Assembly: GCA_046075565.1 (NCBI GenBank)
Contig: JBJTQJ010000113.1
Location: 1 to 43,297, forward strand
Source of the DNA: Verrucomicrobiales bacterium
GTDB lineage: Bacteria; Verrucomicrobiota; Verrucomicrobiia; Verrucomicrobiales; SLCJ01
Length of the DNA: 43,297 nt
Direction: 5' to 3'
A model generated the notes under the pieces. It had not been told where the DNA came from. It saw only the letters and a program-made list of their open reading frames with translations, and ran no database searches. Numbering within the stretch: position 1 is the stretch's first letter; the number at the start of each line of letters is the position of its first letter. This document shows positions 38,227 to 43,297 of this stretch, one piece after another. The position numbers and the translations under genes were made by a program.

Positions 38227-39005
38227 TGAATATCGAGCCGAGGGTTCCTGTCTCCACCGCCGATATCTCGCGGGCCAAGGTGTCGCGCAAGACATGGCGG
38301 AAGGAAGTCGCGGGATTCATTGCAGGATTGATTCTCGTGTATTTGCTTTTCGGCTGGATTGCCGATTTCATCGCCGCCCGTTGTCCGGATTCCTGGGAAG
38401 CAAAACTCGCCGGTGATGGCACCACATGGATCGGGGAAGGGAGCGGAGAAGGGAGCGAGGTCAAGGGTGAGAAAATCGCACGCGATGCGTTCAGGAAAAT
38501 TCTCGAGTCGGCCGGGCCGAAGCGCGAACTTGAATACCGGCTCGTGGTGACCGCCAGAGGCAACGGTCCCAATGCCTTCGCCGCGCCAGGCGGATGGGTG
38601 GTGCTTACCCCCGAACTTCTGGAAATGGTCGAATCTGAACCGGGCATCGCCTTCGTGCTCGCCCACGAACTCGGCCACCACGAACACCGGCACATTCTCA
38701 AACGCATCAGCCGCACCCTCGTTTTCTCCGCGGCCATTTCCTTGGTTTCACAACAGGCAGGCAGCGGATTGATAAGCTCCACGGCCAAATTCGATCAACT
38801 TGCTTTCAGCCGATCCCACGAAAGGGAAGCCGATGAATATGCTCTCGCCGCCACCCGCAAGATCTACGGTCGTGACGGGCGCGTGCTGGAGTTTTTCGAG
38901 AAGATGCTCAAGGAATCGCCCCAGTATCTGCCCGCGATGTTCAGCACCCATCCCTCCACGCAAGATCGCCTCCAATCACTGCGCGAATTGCTCGAGGCGC
39001 CTTGA
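38226..39005 (+). CDS. M48 family zinc metallopeptidase
   Basis: PNAFAAPGG, VLAHELGH, FSRSHEREAD, FSTHP; ATG overlaps the upstream TGA. Confidence 0.92.
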   Translation: MNIEPRVPVSTADISRAKVSRKTWRKEVAGFIAGLILVYLLFGWIADFIAARCPDSWEAKLAGDGTTWIGEGSGEGSEVKGEKIARDAFRKILESAGPKRELEYRLVVTARGNGPNAFAAPGGWVVLTPELLEMVESEPGIAFVLAHELGHHEHRHILKRISRTLVFSAAISLVSQQAGSGLISSTAKFDQLAFSRSHEREADEYALAATRKIYGRDGRVLEFFEKMLKESPQYLPAMFSTHPSTQDRLQSLRELLEAP

Positions 39006-39079
39006 GCCCTCGTAGGGGCAAGAATTGCGGCAACCTTTGACTGGACTCACTGGCCGGATTGCCGCATCTTCACCACGCC

Positions 39080-39937
39080 ATGGCCATGAAATTCAAGCTC
39101 CGCTGGGCGGCCTATGTCCTGCTCGTGCCGGCGATTCCGTTGCTGCCTCTGGTCGGCTGCCAGCACAAGATCATCTATTTCCCCCGGCCATATGATCCGA
39201 TGGTTCCGCGGTCATTCGTGGAAAATGGTGGCCAAACCATCGAGGCGAACACCGGCCAAGGCAAACAAACTGCCTGGCTGCGCTTGCCGAAGTCCCTGCC
39301 CGCGAAGCGACTCTGGCTTGTTTGCGCCGGGAATGCCTCGCTCGCTCTGGAAATGCGAGACGTTATCCAGCCGAATCTTCCGCCGGAGGACGCCGTGCTT
39401 TACTTCGATTATCCAGGTTATGGCGCCTGCCAAGGCTCGGCCAATCCTGCCCGTCTGCGCGAGAGTCTCAAAACCATTCTTCCTCTTGCGACTAAAGCCA
39501 GCGGGATTCCCGAGAGCGAAATTTCCGATCGGGTGGTTGTGTTCGGCCATTCGCTCGGGGCGGCGGTCGGTCTTATCGCGGCAAGCGAATTCGGACTCAA
39601 GAGGGCGGTGCTGGTGTCGCCGTTTTCCAGTTCCATGGATATGGCGGAAGTGATGCTGGGTTTGCCGCTTGGATTCATCGTGACCCATCGCTTCGACAAC
39701 CGCAAACGCTTGGCGGAGTTGGCGGCGCGCGGCGGCGATGCATGGATCATCCATGGCAAGGATGACGATATCATCCCCGCTTCGATGGGGTCGGAACTCG
39801 CCGCCATCGGCAAGGACGCGATCCATCTCGTGATCCTGCCTGGGGCGGGGCACAACGACATTTTTGATGTCGCGCCTCACGCGTTTACCGAAGCCATGAC
39901 AAGGATTATCAAGGATCAACCGGTTGTTAGTCCATGA
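39080..39937 (+). CDS. alpha/beta hydrolase
   Basis: DYPGYG, GHSLG nucleophile elbow, IHGKDDDIIP, GAGHND. Confidence 0.9.
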   Translation: MAMKFKLRWAAYVLLVPAIPLLPLVGCQHKIIYFPRPYDPMVPRSFVENGGQTIEANTGQGKQTAWLRLPKSLPAKRLWLVCAGNASLALEMRDVIQPNLPPEDAVLYFDYPGYGACQGSANPARLRESLKTILPLATKASGIPESEISDRVVVFGHSLGAAVGLIAASEFGLKRAVLVSPFSSSMDMAEVMLGLPLGFIVTHRFDNRKRLAELAARGGDAWIIHGKDDDIIPASMGSELAAIGKDAIHLVILPGAGHNDIFDVAPHAFTEAMTRIIKDQPVVSP

Positions 39938-40773
39938 ATGCGGAAAAATCCATTCTCATCGGGCTCATGGCCGATGCGCAGTATGCTGACAAGGACACGG
40001 CGGGCACCCGTTACTATCGCCGGAGCATTGAGAAGCTCGGCGCGGCGGTGGCGTGGTTCAACCGCGCGCTCCCGGACATGGTGGTGCATCTTGGCGACCT
40101 GATCGATGAAGGCTGGGAAAATTTCGATGCTCCCCTGGCGCAGCTCGGTAAACTCTCCATGCCTTGCCATCATGTGCCGGGCAACCACGACTTCGCGGTC
40201 GTGGAAAAGCATCAACCGGAAGTGCTTGCCCGCCTCGGCTGCGGCGAACGCTGGCGCGAAATGATTCATCGGGAGTGGAGTCTGATTTTCCTGGACTCGA
40301 ATGTGCTTTCGACCTTCGCATGGCCGAAGGGAAGCGATGAGCGCAAGTTGGCGGAGGCATTTCTCGCCGAACTGAAGGCGGCGGGCGCGACCCAAGCCAA
40401 GGAATACAATGGCGGGCTCGGACCCGAACAACGTGCTTGGCTGGACAAAAAACTCGCCCAAATCGCCGCTGCCGGACGCAAATGCCTCATCTTCTGTCAT
40501 CAGCCCGTCCTCCCGGTCGGGGCACACGGGCTGCTCGACGCAGAGTTGGTTTTCGCCATCCTGGCCCGCCATGAGGGAACGGTCGCCGCTTGGTTCAACG
40601 GTCACAACCATCAGGGTGCTTACGAGCGCAAGAACGGAATCCATTTCCTCACCCTACACGGTATGGTCGAGACCGAGTTGGCCAATGCCCATGCCATGCT
40701 CGCGATTGAGCCGGGGCGTCTGGTCATCGAGGGCGCAGGTAGGGAACCGAGCCGCGAACTGCTTTTCGGATGA
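39934..40773 (+). CDS. metallophosphoesterase, Mn-dependent ADP-ribose/CDP-alcohol diphosphatase-like
   Basis: ADAQYAD, RYYRRS, LGDLID, GNHD, HQP, NGHNH, GMVET. Confidence 0.85.
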   Translation: MNAEKSILIGLMADAQYADKDTAGTRYYRRSIEKLGAAVAWFNRALPDMVVHLGDLIDEGWENFDAPLAQLGKLSMPCHHVPGNHDFAVVEKHQPEVLARLGCGERWREMIHREWSLIFLDSNVLSTFAWPKGSDERKLAEAFLAELKAAGATQAKEYNGGLGPEQRAWLDKKLAQIAAAGRKCLIFCHQPVLPVGAHGLLDAELVFAILARHEGTVAAWFNGHNHQGAYERKNGIHFLTLHGMVETELANAHAMLAIEPGRLVIEGAGREPSRELLFG

Positions 40774-40870
40774 CGCGCCACTTTTTGCCGGGCCAACCCT
40801 TGGGCTCCCGGGCGAAATCGCTTCGGAATTGGGCAGGTAGCGTCTGATCCGACTTGTATTCCTCCGCGGG

Positions 40871-40899
40871 TTGCGGGGGGGAGGGAAGGGCGCTAGATT
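40871..40899 (+). promoter_or_regulatory. putative sigma70 promoter of the glycosyltransferase operon
   Basis: TTGCGG-17 nt-TAGATT, 9 nt before ATG 40909. Confidence 0.4.
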
Positions 40900-40908
40900 T
40901 TCCATTCC

Positions 40909-42072
40909 ATGCCAAAACCGGTTGTCGCCAGTTACTGCACGACGTTCCTCAAGCCCGAGATGCTGCACATCTACCGGCAGATCACCGGTTTGGATCGGTA
41001 TGACACGTTTGTTATATGCAAGGAGCGCCGCTGCGAGGACCGCTATCCGTTTTCCGATATCGAGCTGAAACCGAAAGTCCGGAGCAATTTCATCCGGCGC
41101 TTCTGGCTCAAACACATTCTCAAGGAACCACCCATCGTCTATCGCGGCGAATACGGCGTGCTCGACGCCATCCTGAAGCGCCGCCATGCCGACCTGTTGC
41201 ACGTCTATTTCGGCCACACTGGCGTCCACCTGCTGCCCTTCATCCAGCGCTGGCCGCGCCCGTCGGTGGTCAGTTTCCATGGCATGGACGTGCAACCGCG
41301 CGGGGACCAACCGGGATACGTCGAACGGCTTTCCACTCTCCTGCGCGAGGTGCCGCTCGCCTTGGCTCGTTCCCAATCGCTGCTCGATCGACTGATCGAA
41401 CTCGGCTGCCCGCCGGAAAACGTGCGGCTCAACCGCACCGGCATTCCCATGGACAAATTCCCCGTGGTCCGCCGCGAGGTCCCCGCCGATGGAGCATGGC
41501 ATCTCGTGCAGGCGTGTCGGCTCATCGAGAAAAAAGGATTGCCCGTCACCTTGGAGGCTTTCGCCGGATTCGCCGCCCGTTATCCCAAGGCACGTCTGAC
41601 CTTGGCCGGGGATGGTCCGCTCGAAGCGCGCCTGCGCGCCCGCGCCGGGGAGATGGGCATCGCCGACCGGGTGGAGTTCCGCGGGTTCCTCGGGGAAAGT
41701 GATCTCTGCCGCCTTTACCACGAGGCCCATATTTTTATCCACCCCAGCCAGATGACGGCCGACCAGAACCAGGAGGGCATCCCCAATGCCATGCTCGAGG
41801 CCATGGCGACCGGTTTGCCCGTGCTTGCCACCTTACACGGTGGGATTCCCGAGGCGGTGGAAAATGGAATCACCGGGTTGTTAGTCCCGGAACGCGATGC
41901 CGACGGATTGCGCGACCATCTGCTCGCCCTCGCCGCCGAACCGGCCCGCTGGATCGCCATGGGCGAAGCCGCCGCCACCTCCGTGCGCGCCGAATTCGAG
42001 GCTTCCGCCGCCATCCGCCGCCTCGAGGCCGTTTACGACGAGGCCATCGAGAAAGGAAAACCCGCGCGATGA
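40909..42072 (+). CDS. GT4 family glycosyltransferase (WcaL-like)
   Basis: SFHGMD, RLIEKKG, GDGPL, EGIPNAMLEAMATGLPV, HGGIPEAV. Confidence 0.92.
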   Translation: MPKPVVASYCTTFLKPEMLHIYRQITGLDRYDTFVICKERRCEDRYPFSDIELKPKVRSNFIRRFWLKHILKEPPIVYRGEYGVLDAILKRRHADLLHVYFGHTGVHLLPFIQRWPRPSVVSFHGMDVQPRGDQPGYVERLSTLLREVPLALARSQSLLDRLIELGCPPENVRLNRTGIPMDKFPVVRREVPADGAWHLVQACRLIEKKGLPVTLEAFAGFAARYPKARLTLAGDGPLEARLRARAGEMGIADRVEFRGFLGESDLCRLYHEAHIFIHPSQMTADQNQEGIPNAMLEAMATGLPVLATLHGGIPEAVENGITGLLVPERDADGLRDHLLALAAEPARWIAMGEAAATSVRAEFEASAAIRRLEAVYDEAIEKGKPAR

Positions 42073-43297
42073 GCGAGCCCGTGGACAACCGCCCGCTCGT
42101 GGCCAGCCTCTGCGGCACTTTCCTCAAGCCGGAGATGCAAAGTGTCTACCGCCAGGTTGCCGGGCTACGGGGTCACCGCAACCTTGTCCTGACCGAACAA
42201 CGCACGAACGAGGACATCTTTCCTTTTGACCCGATCGTGGTCATGGACAAGATCGCGCGTCCCCGGTTGCGCGGGAATTTCATCCTGCGCTTCTGGTATA
42301 AATACATCACCCGCCAGTGGCCGCCACCGCGCCCGATCAACAAGGAGGTCAAACCCTACTACCCCTACAACCTTCCCGACATCCTGCGGCGGGAGAAACC
42401 CTCCCTTGTGCATGTCTATTACGGGCACAAGGCGGTGAAATACCGATCCATGCTCAAGGCCTGGGGCGGACCCTGGATTGTTTCCTTCCACGGCGTGGAT
42501 GTCGCGAAATTCTTCGATAGCCCCGGCTACGCTGCGAAGATGGCCAAGGTCTTTGCCGAAGCCGAACTCGTGCTCGGACGCAGCCATTCCCTGCTCGAGC
42601 GCCTGCGGAATCTCGGATGCCCGCCGGAGAAACTGCGGTTGAATCCAACCCCGATTCCTCTCGATGGCTTTGGTACTCCCGAACGCCCGGAGCCGGAAGG
42701 CGGCGCTTTCCGTTTGGTCCAGGCCAGCCGTTTGATCGCGAAGAAAGGACTCTTCACCACGCTGGAAGCATTGAAGACCGTGACCAAGGAAATCCCCGCC
42801 GCGAAATTTGTCCTCTGCGGCGACGGGCCGGATCGCGAGTCCTTCGCCCGTGCGGTGGCCGAAGCCGGACTTTCCGCCAATGTTGAATTGTTAGGATGGT
42901 TGGATCAGGAATCCCTGCGCCACGAATACGCTCGCGCCCATCTCTTCCTGCATCCGAGTGAAATGACCGCAAATTCCGACCAGGAGGGTGTGCCGAACAG
43001 CATGCTCGAAGCCATGGCCACTGGTCTGCCCGTGGTGGCGACTTTCCATGGCGGAATCCCGGAAGCCGCGCGCGACGGAGAAGACGGCCGACTCGTCCCC
43101 GAGAAAGATCCTGCCGCCCTCGCCGCCGCCATCCTCGAATTGCTGCGCGACCAGGAAAAGCGCGCCCGCTACGGAGCGAATGCCGCCGCGTCCGTGCGCG
43201 CCACCTACGGGCTCGAAGCCAGCCTGCGCCGGCTCGAGAATTGTTACCGGGAGGCGCTTGCCAGCGCTGAGGCGCGGAGGGAGAAGGTGAAACAAAT
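42069..43297 (+). CDS. second GT4 glycosyltransferase; stop codon lies beyond the window
   Basis: Not in the ORF track because it has no stop. Manual translation: MSEPVDNRPLVASLCGTFLKPEMQSVYRQ, SFHGVD, RLIAKKG, EGVPNSMLEAMATGLPV; paralog of the upstream gene. Confidence 0.9.
   Translation, partial: MSEPVDNRPLVASLCGTFLKPEMQSVYRQVAGLRGHRNLVLTEQRTNEDIFPFDPIVVMDKIARPRLRGNFILRFWYKYITRQWPPPRPINKEVKPYYPYNLPDILRREKPSLVHVYYGHKAVKYRSMLKAWGGPWIVSFHGVDVAKFFDSPGYAAKMAKVFAEAELVLGRSHSLLERLRNLGCPPEKLRLNPTPIPLDGFGTPERPEPEGGAFRLVQASRLIAKKGLFTTLEALKTVTKEIPAAKFVLCGDGPDRESFARAVAEAGLSANVELLGWLDQESLRHEYARAHLFLHPSEMTANSDQEGVPNSMLEAMATGLPVVATFHGGIPEAARDGEDGRLVPEKDPAALAAAILELLRDQEKRARYGANAAASVRATYGLEASLRRLENCYREALASAEARREKVKQ

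Overview
GC-rich bacterial chromosome segment. Gene content (DUF5069, a DUF6288-like gene, fused ccoNO, PocR-AraC regulator, stand-alone rpsN) points to Verrucomicrobiota; this is inference from recalled families, and no search was run. In order: 5' end of a CoA-disulfide reductase-like gene, ADP-ribosylglycohydrolase, three secreted hypothetical proteins (one with a caspase/CHAT-like His-Gly...Cys dyad), sucC-sucD-citrate synthase, PIN/TRAM protein, aroE, and a cbb3 oxidase cluster (ccoS-ccoNO-Q-P-G-H-DsbD_2-ccoI) carrying several apparent lesions. Then a PocR-AraC regulator, a truncated DUF6288-like gene next to a REP-associated-type HUH transposase, FmdB, Zn-independent rpsN, DUF5069, apbE, TerC-DUF2905-Smr, Tat M15A peptidase, PhoD, ApaG and a methyltransferase. 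The last third holds a divergent CHASE2 adenylate cyclase / outer-membrane beta-barrel / FecR-passenger module, a Tat-exported Hyi-like isomerase, a sigma54 activator with Glu at the phosphoacceptor position, YbjQ-YbjQ-M48, two hydrolases and two GT4 glycosyltransferases. The best candidates for undescribed biology are the CHASE2-cyclase/barrel/FecR module, the secreted caspase-fold protein, the PocR-AraC/cbb3 link and the transposase with its repeats. I found no rRNA, tRNA or CRISPR array.
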